In this document: piece after piece, positions 1 to 15,893 of the stretch
Layout: each line of letters starts with the position of its first letter
Position numbering within the stretch: the stretch's first letter is position 1
Assembly: GCA_964016885.1 (NCBI GenBank)
Contig: CAXHJY010000910.1
Span: 1-54,858 of the forward strand
Source: Eledone cirrhosa
Lineage: Eukaryota
DNA: 54,858 bases
Reading direction: 5' to 3'
Notes under the pieces: generated by a model
Databases searched by the model: none
What the model saw: the letters and a program-made list of their open reading frames with translations, nothing else
Told to the model about the DNA's origin: nothing
Made by a program: the position numbers and the translations under genes

Positions 1-3000
1 TATGTAAGATGATAGTATATATGGTGATAGTATGTATGGTAATAGTATGTAAGATGATAGTATGTATGGTGATAGTATGTAAGATGATAGTATGTAAGAT
101 GATAGTATGTAAGATGATAGTATATATGGTGATAGTATGTAAGATGATAGTATGTATGATGATAGTATGTAAGATGATAGTATGTAAGATGATAGTATGT
201 AAGATGATAGTATGTATGGTGATAGTATGTAAGATGATAGTATGTAAGATGATAGTATGTATGGTGATAGTATGTAAGATGATAGTATGTAAGATGATAG
301 TATGTATGGTGATAGTATGTAAGATGATAGTATGTATGGTGATAGTATGTAAGATGATAGTATGTAAGATGATAGTATGTAAGATGATAGTAATGTATGG
401 TGATAGTATGTAAGATGATAGTATGTAAGATGATAGTATGTAAGATGATAGTATGTAAGATGATAGTATGTAAGATGATAGTATGTAAGATGATAGTATG
501 TATGGTGATAGTATGTAAGATGATAGTATGTATGGTGATAGTATGTAAGATGATAGTATGTAAGATGAGAGTATGTAAGATGATAGTATGTATGGTGATA
601 GTATGTATGGTGATAGTATGTATGGTGATAGTATGTATGGTGATAGTATGTAAGATGATAGTATGTATGGTGATAGTATGTATGGTGATAGTATGTATGG
701 TGATAGTATGTAAGATGATAGTATGTATGGTGATAGTATGTAAGATGATAGTATGTAAGATGATATTATGTATGGTGATAGTATGTAAGATGATAGTATG
801 TGTGGTGATAGTATGTATGGTGATAGTATGTATGGTGATAGTATGTAAGATGATAGTATGTATGGTGATAGTATGTAAGATGATAGTATGTATGGTGATA
901 GTATGTAAGATGATAGTATGTATGGTGTTAGTATGTAAGATGATAGTATGTATGGTGATAGTATGTAAGATGATAGTATGTAAGATGATAGTATGTAAGA
1001 TGATAGTATGTATGGTGATAGTATGTATGGTGATAGTATGTAAGATGATAGTATGTATGGTGATAGTATGTAAGATGATAGTATGTATGGTGATAGTATG
1101 TAAGATGATAGTATGTAAGATGATAGTATGTATGGTGATAGTATGTATGGTGATAGTATGTAAGATGATAGTATGTACGGTGATAGTATGTATGGTGATA
1201 GTATGTAAGATGATAGTATGTATGGTGATAGTATGTAAGATGATAGTATGTAAGGTGATAGTATGTATGGTGGTAGTATGTAAGATGATAGTATGTAAGA
1301 TGATAGTATGTAAGATGATAGTATGTTAGATGATAGTATGTAAGGTGATAGTATGTATGGTGATAGTATGTATGGTGATAGTCTGTAAGATGATAGTATG
1401 TATGGTGATAGTATGTATGGTGATAGTATGTAAGATGATAGTATGTAAGATGATAGTATGTAAGATGATAGTATGTAAGATGATAGTATGTAAGATGATA
1501 GTATGTAAGATGATAGTATGTAAGATGATAGTATGTAAGATGATAGTATGTAAGATGATAGTATGTATGGTGATAGTATGTAAGATGATAGTATGTATGG
1601 TGATAGTATGTAAGATGATAGTATGTAAGATGATAGTATGTATGGTGATAGTATGTAAGATGATAGTATGTATGGTGATAGCATGTAAGATGATAGTATG
1701 TATGGTGGTAGTATGTAAGATGATAGTATGTAAGATGATAGTATGTATGGTGATAGTATGTATGGTGATAGTATGTATGGTGATAGTATGTAAGATGATA
1801 GTATGTATGGTGATAGTATGTAAGATGATAGTATGTAAGATGATAGTATGTATGGTGATAGTATGTATGGTGATAGTATGTATGGTGATAGTATGTAAGA
1901 TGATAGTATGTAAGATGATAGTATGTATGGTGATAGTATGTATGGTGATAGTATGTATGGTGATAGTATGTAAGATGATAGTATGTAAGATGATAGTATG
2001 TATGGTGATAGTATGTATGGTGATAGTATGTATGGTGATAGTATGTATGGTGATAGTATGTAAGATGATAGTATGTAAGATGATAGTATGTAAGATGATA
2101 GTATGTAAGATGATAGTATGTAAGATGATAGTATGTAAGATGATAGTATGTATGGTGATAGTATGTATGGTGATAGTATGTATGGTGATAGTATGTAAGA
2201 TGATAGTATGTAAGATGATAGTATGTATGGTGATAGTATGTATGGTGATAGTATGTAAGATGATAGTATGTAAGATGATAGTATGTAAGATGATAGTATG
2301 TAAGATGATAGTATGTATGGTGATAGTATGTAAGATGATAGTATGTATGGTGATAGTATGTATGGTGATAGTATGTAAGATGATAGTATGTAAGATGATA
2401 GTATGTATGGTGATAGTATGTAAGATGATAGTATGTAAGATGATAGTATGTAAGATGATAGTATGTAAGATGATAGTATGTTAGATGATAGTATGTAAGA
2501 TGATAGTATGTATGGTGATAGTATGTATGGTGATAGTATGTATGGTGATAGTATGTAAGATGATAGTATGTAAGATGATAGTATGTAAGATGATAGTATG
2601 TATGGTGATAGTATGTAAGATGATAGTATGTATGGTGATAGTATGTAAGATGATAGTATGTATGGTGGTAGTATGTAAGATGATAGTATGTAAGATGATA
2701 GTATGTATGGTGATAGTATGTAAGATGATAGTATGTAAGATGATAGTATGTAAGATGATAGTATGTAAGATGATAGTATGTAAGATGATAGTATGTAAGA
2801 TGATAGTATGTATGGTGATAGTATGTATGGTGATAGTATGTATGGTGATAGTATGTAAGATGATAGTATGTAAGATGATAGTATGTATGGTGATAGTATG
2901 TATGGTGATAGTATGTAAGATGATAGTATGTAAGATGATAGTATGTAAGATGATAGTATGTAAGATGATAGTATGTATGGTGGTAGTATGTAAGATGATA

Positions 3001-6000
3001 GTATGTAAGATGATAGTATGTAAGATGATAGTATGTAAGATGATAGTATGTAAGATGATAGTATGTATGGTGATAGTATGTAAGATGATAGTATGTAAGA
3101 TGATAGTAGGTATGGTGATAGTATGTAAGATGATAGTATGTAAGATGATAGTATGTAAGATGATAGTATGTAAGATGATAGTATGTATGGTGATAGTATG
3201 TAAGATGATAGTATGTAAGATGATAGTATGTATGGTGATAGTATGTAAGATGATAGTATGTATGGTGGTAGTATGTAAGATGATAGTATGTAAGATGATA
3301 GTATGTATGGTGATAGTATGTATGGTGATAGTATGTATGGTGATAGTATGTAAGATGATAGTATGTAAGATGATAGTATGTAATATGATAGTATGTATGG
3401 TGATAGTATGTATGGTGATAGTATGTAAGATGATAGTATGTAAGATGATAGTATGTAAGATGATAGTATGTATGGTGATAGTATGTAAGATGATAGTATG
3501 TATGGTGATAGTATGTAAGATGATAGTATGTATGGTGATAGTATGTAAGATAATAGTATGTAAGATGATAGTATATATGGTGATAGTATGTAAGATGATA
3601 GTATGTATGGTGGTAGTATGTAAGATGATAGTATGTCAGATGATAGTATGTATGGTGATAGTATGTAAGATGATAGTATGTAAGATGATAGTATATGTGG
3701 TGATAGTATGTATGGTGATAGTATGTAAGATGATAGTATGTAAGATGATAGTATGTATGGTGATAGTATGTAAGATGATAGTATGTAAGATGATAGTATA
3801 TATGGTGATAGTATGTATGGTAATAGTATGTAAGATGATAGTATGTATGGTGATAGTATGTAAGATGATAGTATGTAAGATGATAGTATGTAAGATGATA
3901 GTATATATGGTGATAGTATGTAAGATGATAGTATGTAAGATGATAGTATATATGGTGATAGTATGTAAGATGATAGTATGTATGGTGATAGTATGTAAGA
4001 TGATAGTATGTAAGATGATAGTATGTAAGATGATAGTATGTAGGGTGATAGTATGTATGGTGATAGTATGTAAGATGATAGTATGTAAGATGATAGTATA
4101 TATGGTGATAGTATGTATGGTAATAGTATGTAAGATGATAGTATGTATGGTGATAGTATGTAAGATGATAGTATGTAAGATGATAGTATGTATGGTGATA
4201 GTATGTAAGATGATAGTATGTAAGATGATAGTATATATGGTGATAGTATGTATGGTAATAGTATGTAAGATGATAGTATGTATGGTGATAGTATGTAAGA
4301 TGATAGTATATATGGTGATAGTATGTAAGATGATAGTATGTATGGTGGTAGTATGTAAGATGATAGTATGTATGGTGATAGTATGTAAGATGATAGTATG
4401 TAAGATGATAGTATATATGGTGATAGTATGTATGGTGATAGTATGTAAGATGATAGTATGTAAGATGATAGTATGTATGGTGATAGTATGTAAGATGATA
4501 GTATGTAAGATGATAGTATATATGGTGATAGTGTGTATGGTAATAGTATGTAAGATGATAGTATGTATGGTGATAGTATGTAAGATGATAGTATATATGG
4601 TGATAGTATGTAAGATGATAGTATGTATGGTGGTAGTATGTAAGATGATAGTATGTAAGATGATAGTATGTATGGTGATAGTATGTAAGATGATAGTATG
4701 TAAGATGATAGTATATATGGTGATAGTATGTATGGTGATAGTATGTAAGATGATAGTATGTAAGATGATAGTATTATTGTGATAGTATGTATGGTGATAG
4801 TATGTATGGTGATAGTATGTAAGATGATAGTATGTAAGATGATAGTATGTATGGTGATAGTATGTAAGATGATAGTATGTAAGATGATAGTATATATGGT
4901 GATAGTATGTATGGTAATATTATGTAAGATGATAGTATGTATGGTGATAGTATGTAAGATGATAGTATATATGGTGATAGTATGTATGGTAATAGTATGT
5001 AAGATGATAGTATGTATGGTGATAGTATGTAAGATGATAGTATGTAAGATGATAGTATGTAAGATGATAGTATATATGGTGATAGTATGTAAGATGATAG
5101 TATGTATGATGATAGTATGTAAGATGATAGTATGTAAGATGATAGTATGTAAGATGATAGTATGTATGGTGATAGTATGTAAGATGATAGTATGTAAGAT
5201 GATAGTATGTATGGTGATAGTATGTAAGATGATAGTATGTAAGATGATAGTATGTATGGTGATAGTATGTAAGATGATAGTATGTATGGTGATAGTATGT
5301 AAGATGATAGTATATAAGATGATAGTATGTAAGATGATAGTATGTATGGTGATAGTATGTAAGATGATAGTATGTAAGATGATAGTATGTAAGATGATAG
5401 TATGTAAGATGATAGTATGTAAGATGATAGTATGTATGGTGATAGTATGTAAGATGATAGTATGTATGGTGATAGTATGTAAGATGATAGTATGTAAGAT
5501 GATAGTATGTAAGATGATAGTATGTATGGTGATAGTATGTATGGTGATAGTATGTAAGATGATAGTATGTAAGGTGATAGTATGTAAGATGATAGTATGT
5601 AAGATGATAGTATGTAAGATGATAGTATGTATGGTGATAGTATGTAAGATGATAGTATGTATGGTGGTAGTATGTAAGATGATAGTATGTAAGATGATAG
5701 TATGTATGGTGATAGTATGTATGGTGGTAGTATGTAAGATGATAGTATGTATGGTGATAGTATGTATGGTGATAGTATGTATGGTGATAGTATGTAAGAT
5801 GATAGTATGTATGGTGATAGTATGTAAGATGATAGTATGTAAGATGATGATAGTATGTAAGATGATATTATGTATGGTGATAGTATGTATGGTGGTAGTA
5901 TGTAAGATGATAGTATGTATGGTGATCGTATGTAAGATGATAGTATGTAAGGTGATAGTATGTAAGATGATAGTATGTATGGTGATAGTATGTAAGATGA

Positions 6001-7862
6001 TAGTATGTATGGTGATAGTATGTATGGTGATAGTATGTATGGTGATAGTATGTATGGTGATAGTATGTAAGATGATAGTATGTATGGTGATAGTATGTAA
6101 GATGATAGTATGTATGGTGATAGTATGTAAGATGATAGTATGTAAGATGATATTATGTATGGTGATAGTATGTAAGATGATAGTATGTATGGTGATAGTA
6201 TGTATGGTGATAGTATGTATGGTGATAGTATGTAAGATGATAGTATGTATGGTGATAGTATGTAAGATGATAGTATGTATGGTGATAGTATGTAAGATGA
6301 TAGTATGTATGGTGATAGTATGTAAGATGATAGTATGTATGGTGATAGTATGTAAGATGATAGTATGTAAGATGATAGTATGTAAGATGATAGTATGTAT
6401 GGTGATAGTATGTATGGTGATAGTATGTAAGATGATAGTATGTATGGTGATAGTATGTAAGATGATAGTATGTATGGTGATAGTCTGTAAGATGATAGTA
6501 TGTAAGATGATAGTATGTATGGTGATAGTATGTATGGTGATAGTATGTAAGATGATAGTATGTACGGTGATAGTATGTATGGTGATAGTATGTAAGATGA
6601 TAGTATGTATGGTGATAGTATGTAAGATGATAGTATGTAAGGTGATAGTATGTATGGTGGTAGTATGTAAGATGATAGTATGTAAGATGATAGTATGTAA
6701 GATGATAGTATGTAAGATGATAGTATGTAAGGTGATAGTATGTATGGTGATAGTATGTATGGTGATAGTATGTAAGATGATAGTATGTATGGTGATAGTA
6801 TGTATGGTGATAGTATGTAAGATGATAGTATGTAAGATGATAGTATGTAAGATGATAGTATGTAAGATGATAGTATGTAAGATGATCGTATGTAAGATGA
6901 TAGTATGTAAGATGATAGTATGTATGGTGATAGTATGTAAGATGATAGTATCTATGGTGATAGTATGTAAGATGATAGTATGTAAGATGATAGTATGTAT
7001 GGTGATAGTATGTAAGATGATAGTATGTATGGTGATAGTATGTAACATGATAGTATGTATGGTGGTAGTATGTAAGATGATAGTATGTATGGTGATAGTA
7101 TGTATGGTGATAGTATGTATGGTGATAGTATGTATGGTGATAGTATGTAAGATGATAGTATGTATGGTGATAGTATGTAAGATGATAGTATGTAAGATGA
7201 TAGTATGTATGGTGATAGTATGTATGGTGATAGTATGTATGGTGATAGTATGTAAGATGATAGTATGTAAGATGATAGTATGTATGGTGATAGTATGTAT
7301 GGTGATAGTATGTATGGTGATAGTATGTAAGATGATAGTATGTAAGATGATAGTATGTATGGTGATAGTATGTATGGTGATAGTATGTATGGTGATAGTA
7401 TGTATGGTGATAGTATGTAAGATGATAGTATGTAAGATGATAGTATGTAAGATGATAGTATGTAAGATGATAGTATGTAAGGTGATAGTATGTAAGATGA
7501 TAGTATGTATGGTGATAGTATGTATGGTGATAGTATGTATGGTGATAGTATGTAAGATGATCGTATGTAAGATGATAGTATGTATGGTGATAGTATGTAT
7601 GGTGATAGTATGTAAGATGATAGTATGTAAGATGATAGTATGTAAGATGATAGTATGTAAGATGATAGTATGTATGGTGATAGTATGTAAGATGATAGTA
7701 TGTATGGTGATAGTATGTATGGTGATAGTATGTAAGATGATAGTATGTAAGATGATAGTATGTATGGTGATAGTATGTAAGATGATCGTATGTAAGATGA
7801 TAGTATGTAAGATGATAGTATGTAAGATGATAGTATGTAAGATGATAGTATGTAAGATGATG
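1..7862. repeat. 15-bp tandem satellite, ~520 units, two interspersed variants GATAGTATGT-AAGAT and GATAGTATGT-ATGGT; runs off the left edge
   Basis: Directly visible 15-bp period; the (MIVCK/MVIVC)n and (YYHLT/YYHHT)n ORFs are its translations. Confidence 0.98.
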
Positions 7863-8360
7863 ATAGTAAATAGATGATGATGATACATAAATGGAATAAA
7901 ATAGGCGTGTAGTCACCAATTAAATAAGAATGTGATCAACTAGAGAAACCTCTAATGAAATTATGGTGTTTATGATGGTGATGATGATGATGATGATGAT
8001 GGGAAACAGTAATTAGTGTTGGTATATAAGATGATGATCATGATGATATATAGAAAATGATGCTAAATAGAATAAATTAAATGAGTAAGCGGATGGGTAT
8101 CAATTAATAAAAACAATTAAGACTGTGGAGTTGGGTAGTCAGCTAAAGAAACGTCTAGTAAAGTAATAGTAATATTGTGGTGCTTATGATGATGATGATG
8201 AGAAACAGTAGAGATGGTGTGATAGCAATAAATGAATGGTTATCAATTAATGGATTGATCAGTATGAATAAGTAAGAATGTGGGGCTTGATGTTAAGCTA
8301 AAGGTGCTTCTAATAAATTGATGATGATGACGATAAGAAACAGTATAGTGTGATGGTATA
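7863..8360. repeat. Degenerate (GAT)n-rich repeated flank of the satellite, with an inverted diverged copy at ~8641-8990
   Basis: 8231-8306 is the reverse complement of 8641-8716 (CCCACATTCTTACTTATTCATACTGATCAAT shared); TGATGA...GAAACAGTA recurs. Confidence 0.7.
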
Positions 8361-8399
8361 TAAAAACAACAAAACTATTCTGTGTGCTTCAGTGTCCTG

Positions 8400-8640
8400 T
8401 ATTTTGCAATATTGCCCAAACCGTACCCCAGTCATTATAAACTTTCGTTTACGCTACAAAACTCCATTTAATGTTGAGGTTTACGATGCCATTATATTTT
8501 AATTGCCAGATGTATTTTGACAAAGATGCTGAGTTCTGCAATCGCATAATCTTGAGTGTATGTAGGTGTTGAGAGAAACGGGTTTTGAAAGTGTTCTGAG
8601 TCAGTCCGATGTACATTTGTCTGTACTTCAGCTTTATATA
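8400..8640 (-). pseudogene. PLE GIY-YIG endonuclease fragment (Naiad-like)
   Basis: YIGLTQNTFKTRFSQH...SASLSKYIWQLK...IKWS matches the PLE GIY-YIG pattern YIG.T...FK.R...H...LS.YIW.LK. Confidence 0.8.
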
Positions 8641-9299
8641 CACCTTTAGCTGATCATCAGTCCCACATTCTTACTTATTCATACTGATCAATTTATTAAT
8701 TGATATCCACTCATTTATTATATATTATCATCATCATCATCTTATACACCAATACTATCAACTGTTTCTTATCACCACCATCATCATCATTCTCATCATA
8801 AGCACCACTAGAAGTTTCTTTAGTCGACCAAATTCTTATCTATTTACTGTCTATTAATTGCTATTCACTTGGTCATTTAATTTATGATATTTATTTATCA
8901 TCTACATACTATCATCATCATCATCATCTTACATACTATCATCATAAGCATCTTTAATTCATTAGAAGTTACCTTAGCTGATCATTCAAATGTATTTATT
9001 GATTTACATATTATCTCTTAGCACTCCTTCTCACCCTTTTATTTTAGATTCATTCACTCCATCTACTCCTTCCCTTTTCTTTCTTTCTCCTCATCGCTTT
9101 CTTCCCCTCACTTCTACTTTCTTTTTTTCTTTTCCCTTCTTTCTCCTTCCCCCTTCATTTTAATATATATATATATAATTATATATTCGTGTACAGATAT
9201 TTTTGCATACACAATAGCAAAATATAAACAAGTGTATTTATTTCACGAGGTCGATAAGGATAAATATTAATATATATCAAATATATAAGAACCCTAGAG

Positions 9300-9333
9300 C
9301 AAATCCCGAGCAACGCCGGGCCATTCTGCTGGT
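9300..9333 (+). mobile_element. 3' end remnant of a non-autonomous Helitron-like element
   Basis: CCCGAGCAACGCCGGG hairpin then CTGG (degenerate CTAG); same end as the elements at 19142, 21197 and 25145. Confidence 0.55.
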
Positions 9334-9632
9334 ACTCTCTATTACTGTCGTAATTTCCCTCCAAAATTCACTCTCTTTACACACCCATCCCCTCCACTCC
9401 TACATCTCTGGGGGTCTTTCCATATTTATACTGTCTCTCTGTCACTGAACATTCAGTCTTGTGTACTGATCCTGTGAGTACATAGGTGAAACTCCAGAGA
9501 AACAATGCTTAACATTTAGATATAATCTTATCATAATTCTTGGCGTGTTTCGTCCATTCGTTACGCTTTACTTACACACACACACATACACACATCTGCT
9601 ACATGTGTGTGTGTGTGTGTGCGTGTGTGTGC

Positions 9633-9731
<99 letters not shown>

Positions 9732-9906
9732 TGTGTTTATATTTATATATTCATACATATAAATATATACATATACATATATAAAGGTAGATAAGACAAT
9801 AAGAGAGAAAAGATTATATGCAGCTAGACAAACGTCTATTTAACAGCCTCTCTTAATTTTTTCGTCCGTGGAATTTCTACGAGTCCTGCTAGTAAAGAAT
9901 ATTATG

Positions 9907-9959
<53 letters not shown>

Positions 9960-10044
9960 TGTGGTTACCCCCGATTGACCCCTGGATATATACACACACA
10001 CACGTGTGTGAGTGTATATATATACATATATATCTGTGTGTGTG

Positions 10045-10168
10045 TATCCCGGGGTCAATCGGGGGTAACCACAGTAGGTAAGGTACTCAATACATAGCAG
10101 AATATAAATATCTAATATAGAAATGGCTTCTAGAGGACTAGACCTGTTTCATTCGAAGGAAATCATCA
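10045..10168 (-). mobile_element. PLE pLTR-like fragment with 5'-truncated hammerhead (10134-10168)
   Basis: Minus strand reads TGATGA-tttccttcgaat-GAAA-c-ag-GTC-tagtcct; same family as 24452-24600; small inverted copy at 9958-9990. Confidence 0.6.
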
Positions 10169-10189
10169 TACATATATATATATATATAT

Positions 10190-11430
10190 AACAGAAAAAA
10201 GAATTATTATAGACTTCTTTAATAATTACGACCTTAAGTTAGAAATGGAAAACAATAATAAAATAGTTAATTTCTTACATTAAACCTTAACTCAGGCCTA
10301 TATTACCCATTCCATAAGATTAATGAAAACCTAAATTATGTTAGCTTCTACTGAAACCACCCTAAAAACCTTAAAAAAGCTATAGTCAATAGTGTCCAGC
10401 AAATAATCTCTAGACTCTCAGCTAATAAAAAATATATTTGATAACAAAGCAGAATATTATGACGCTCTACACAGAGCTGGATACACTAATAAAATTAATT
10501 ACATAGATAGGAATAGTAAAAACCAACCTGATAAAGTATATTATAATAACTAGCATAACTAGTATGTTTATTTAAGCGATCGCCACCGGAAGTGTTGACA
10601 TTTCAGAAATTTTAAAGAAGTGAATCTTTAAATAAACAAAATATATTTAATCAACAGCCACGAAATTTAGTAGATAAATTATGTAATATTCATTCATTAT
10701 TTATTCAAAGTAATCCAACTTATTTTACAAACGGGATAAAAAAATAAATAAAACGTACGCAATCCCGCAGACCTTCCTTTATTATAGTTTAGATAATGAA
10801 TATAAACCACTTAACCAAAATAGAAAAGCCAGAATCAAAGAGAAAAGCCAGAACTAGATCTATAATTTGGTGTTCACCTCCAGTATCCTTAGGAATTAAG
10901 ACACCTTTAGCATACCAATTCTTTAAAGCTCTAGATAAATGTTTTCCTAAGTTCCACAAGTATGACTATTTTTAACAAACATAAGTCAAGCTCTCTTACT
11001 CTACAACTATGAATGTAGCCCAGAACACAGCAAAAATTAATAATAGGAATTTAAAATTAAACCAAACTGAAGTAAAACCAAATAATAATAATAATATAAT
11101 TAATAACATTAGGAATAATAATAATAGAGTGGACATGAATAATAACACGGTATCTTCAAATAACAATATAAACAAAATGTAATTGCAGGAATAATATCTT
11201 ATGCCCACTACAGAATAATTGCCTAGATAGAAATTTAGTATATAAATGCACCATTAAAACTAAGGATAAGCTGTATAACTATATAGGAGTAACTTCATCA
11301 AAATTTAAGGAGCGTTAGTATAATCACAAGCATACTTTTAAACGATCGGATAAAAAATTCTCAACTTCACTTTCATAACTAATTTATCAACTTTGTAATG
11401 AAGAAATCTTTTATATAATTACCAATCCTG
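10190..11430 (+). pseudogene. 5'-truncated Naiad-like PLE: RT thumb, Asn-rich linker, Cys finger and GIY-YIG, with stops and frameshifts
   Basis: Hand translation gives YYPFHKINENLNYV..NHPKNLKK..IISRLSANK, IIWCSPPVS, CNCRNNILCPLQNNCLDRNLVYKC..YIGVTSSKFKERYYNHK; homologous to the 53187 ORF. Confidence 0.85.
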
Positions 11431-12197
11431 GTAATATTATTAACAAAAAAAAAGGAAATGTTTAATTCTTGTTTGCATCGTTTCTCCAAGACATTTCAGA
11501 ATCTTTATAATTTATAGAAGCTACTATATTATGGTCTATATAACTTGCCTATTTACAATATAAATAAAAATACTTATAAACCTAATACATAGAAGCATTT
11601 CTTATACAAAGTAAAAAACTATTATCAAAACAATATTTAGTATATGGTGCTCTGAAATCTTATATGTATTATTTACTTATAATATAAATAATAATTAATA
11701 ACTATGGTAAACATTAGATTGAACAATATATTATTAAATGCTTATCGTAAGCCCACTTTTAATGCATTACTTAAAATACTTCATTTAGAGTTCCTTCCCC
11801 ATTTTTTGTTTACATAGTCAAAATTTATATATACGATATATTTCAACTTACACAACTGTTTAAATATTATATTACTAACCATATACAATAATGTACATTT
11901 ATATCTAAGCAATACAATTAGTTTCACATTCTTAAAATATATGTAAAAAATACATATCTATAGGTACTTGATCTCCCTTACGCCCATTTATAAATAAATG
12001 TATATATATACATAAGTACGATGTATATTCACGCATAATCACTTATGTATTGAATAATTATTTATTTTAATTAACCATATACAGTAATAGCTTATAATAT
12101 ACTACAATACATTATATCTCTCATATAAACATTATAAATTACATTCATAGTATTAAAATATATGCTAAAAAATAAATACGATCATATATAAATCTAT

Positions 12198-12289
<92 letters not shown>

Positions 12290-12385
12290 TTATTTATATA
12301 TTTATTTATATATTTATTTATATATATATTTTAATACTATGAATGTAATTTATAATGTTTATATGAGAGATATAATGTATTGTAG

Positions 12386-12423
<38 letters not shown>

Positions 12424-12897
12424 AGTGTGTGTGTGTGTGTATAAATACAATGTATATTCAATCCCATAACCACATAAGTATTGAATTATAATTACTTTAA
12501 CTAACCATATACAATAATAGATTACAATACATTATATTTCTCATGTAAACATTATAAACACATCCATATTCTTAAAATATATATTAAAAAATAAATACGT
12601 ATAATTATGTGATTCCTTCCAAACTCATGCATATATCTCTGTGAGTATATATCTATAACTAACTCTATACTAAGTCTACATTAACTGTTCACCCTATAAT
12701 AACAACCGCATTAACAATATAAACAAGGGTTTATTTCAAAATGTATCAAGCATCTTAATTTAACGGCTTTTTTCTGTTTTAACGTATCCTCATTAACATA
12801 TATCCCTGAGTTTTGAATTTTTCAATCACTATCTTCAGTGGTCTTATATCACTTAGATCAGACGAAGGTATGTCACTATCTTAACACCAAATATTAT

Positions 12898-12956
12898 ATT
12901 TTATCTGACGAAAGCGTCCTTAAATGTTAGTACCCTTGAAATACGTATAATAAAAT
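12898..12956 (+). ncRNA. Minimal type I hammerhead ribozyme in the 3' pLTR of the upstream PLE
   Basis: attttat-CTGACGA-aag..ctt-GAAA-t(acgt)a-TA/ataaaat; 7-bp stem I, palindromic stem III TACGTA. Confidence 0.85.
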
Positions 12957-13365
12957 AAATATGGTTTTGTAAATATATTTTCCATTTATTAATATTGTTA
13001 ATATTAATGATACTCCAGATAAATCCTGTAGAGTGCTTCTAATCTGTCGTAAAATGAACTTTGTTGAATAATCAACAAACCACATAACTCATTTATATAT
13101 ATATATGAAAGAGAGTGTGTTTTGTTAGCGAAAGTTACACGAAATAAATCCATATTGGAATGCATTTTTGTACTTCCAAATAACCTAAATACCCATTGGA
13201 ACACTTAATTTCCCCTTAATCTTCTGAAAAACAACATTTAAAATGATGACATGTCATGTCGGTGAGCCTTGAGAATTGTTTCAGGTTTAAATGACCCTCA
13301 TTTTCTTCCTCATCCTCGCTTTCTCTGTCTGCCTCTCTCTCACTCTTTCCAATTAGAAATATATC

Positions 13366-14310
<945 letters not shown>

Positions 14311-14339
14311 GTAATTCAATCGCTAATATTGTAGCATAT

Positions 14340-15860
14340 ATTTTCACTGTGAATTTTATTTTAAAATATTTTTTGGTATTTATAAACGTGTATATTTTGA
14401 CCAAAAGTTATACACAATGATGGAAATATTAGAAATGTTTAAAAACAAAATTAAGTAATGAAAAAATAGGGGTTGATGTAAAGAAAGGTAAATCTGGCAG
14501 TATAGGAATGTAAAGGAAAGGATTATAAATACCGCGAGAGGAAAAGGGGTGAAGGAGCAAGGAATATTAGGCGAGGGAAGAAAGACAAGGGTAAGCGTGT
14601 GGGTGATGTACACCACACGGATGTCAGAGCGGTATCTCGGTTGCGCTCCGCGGACCAAATTTCAAAGGCATTTCCGCAGACAATGGCCAGTGACAACCAC
14701 CCCACCTCGTAGGGCTCCTTCTTCAGATAGGCAGTTGTTTTGATTTTACGGAGGACCTCGGCTGCAGAGGGTCCTGGCCGCCTGAGGTTTCGACGGCGAC
14801 AACTGCAAAGAGGAAGTGGCCGGACAAACCCCGGTATTTGATTATCTGTACTCTGCATTGCGAGCTGCCCTACCGGGGTTTGTGGCCGAAGCTACTAAGC
14901 TGGAGGCGGAGAACGTGTCAAAGCATGCCACGTCTCAGATGAGGAAGAGGGTAATTCTGTCGGGGCACTTGTCGCCTCCGCAGTCGAGGCCCGCTGGCTC
15001 CAGCTGTGATGGGAAGCCGGCTGCATCCAGGCTCCTTCTCCTTATGCCATTAAGAGCGGCATTTCAGGGGAACCGACCTGCACTCTGGCGGCATGACAGT
15101 GGGTTGAGGCTGAACTCGTAGACGATAGCTCCACAACGGCATTTATGTGCCCCCCCCCCCCCCCACACACACACTAGGCTGAGGCTTTGGGCTACTCCGA
15201 TGCGAGTGCACTGGTCATCAAGAAGAGTACTGGTAAATGAGGAGGGCACCGAATTGAGTCACGCGCTGCTGTTTGGGTGCAAAGTTGAACGGAGGCAGGC
15301 GAGGTGGTGTTGGTCCAAGCCAGACTCGATCTGCCTGAAGGTAGACCTGTACTTGATGTCGTCCCAGTTACGTTGAACATTTGTATACTGGAGGACAGAG
15401 AGGCCTTCGCTGGTCCAGGTGGCCAGAGCCTGCCCAAGTTCTATGCCCACAACAGGTTTGGCCGTCTTGCTGAGGACCTCGCTGATGAGTGTGCGACTGG
15501 AAGAGATAGAGGAGAGTCAGGCCAACAGTGCCAGATCCGATGCGGAATGGAGACCAAGGCGACCAAACCTCACAGGAAACTTCACCTGTTGCCAATCAGC
15601 GCTGTCGAAAATAACATTGCAGATGAGGTCTGCACAGTATCGGATGATTGCATCGAATTCACCGAAGTGATCTGCATGAGGGTAAAAAGGTGACTCGCGC
15701 AGCATGACCAAGTATTTGGGATGGGTGAAGCAGTTCCTCGGGAGGCCTCGAGAAGTCTGCATGCTTGGTCAATAGGCAATCTCGTATGGCTTTCAAGATA
15801 AGGTCTCTGAGGTGGCCGGGGCGTAGGCCGTCCACTCCGCCACTACTGCTCCCTGGTTAG
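14340..15860 (-). mobile_element. Decayed 3' part of a CRE-like non-LTR retrotransposon (post-RT region, Zn knuckle, restriction-like endonuclease)
   Basis: WQQVKFPVRFGRLGLHSASDLAL, HKCRCG..PLSCRQSAGRFP, SQLEPAGLDCGGDKCPDRITLFLI*DVAC (PD..D endonuclease motif); GC-rich against the flanks. Confidence 0.8.
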
Positions 15861-15893
15861 GATTTCAGGCGTTGAATTGAACCGTTAAGGTAT

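Noticed and set aside
9-7919. Long ORFs (MIVCK)n on plus and His/Tyr-rich (YYHHT)n on minus
   Set aside because: They follow automatically from a 15-bp unit with a stop-free frame; stops and frameshifts occur (392, 1327, 2482, 4780), with no synonymous-site bias, signal peptide or unique domain
10340-10360. In-frame TGA in a Naiad-like ORF as possible selenocysteine
   Set aside because: It aligns with Ser (SNHP in the 53187 ORF), not Cys; the copy has other lesions and I saw no SECIS
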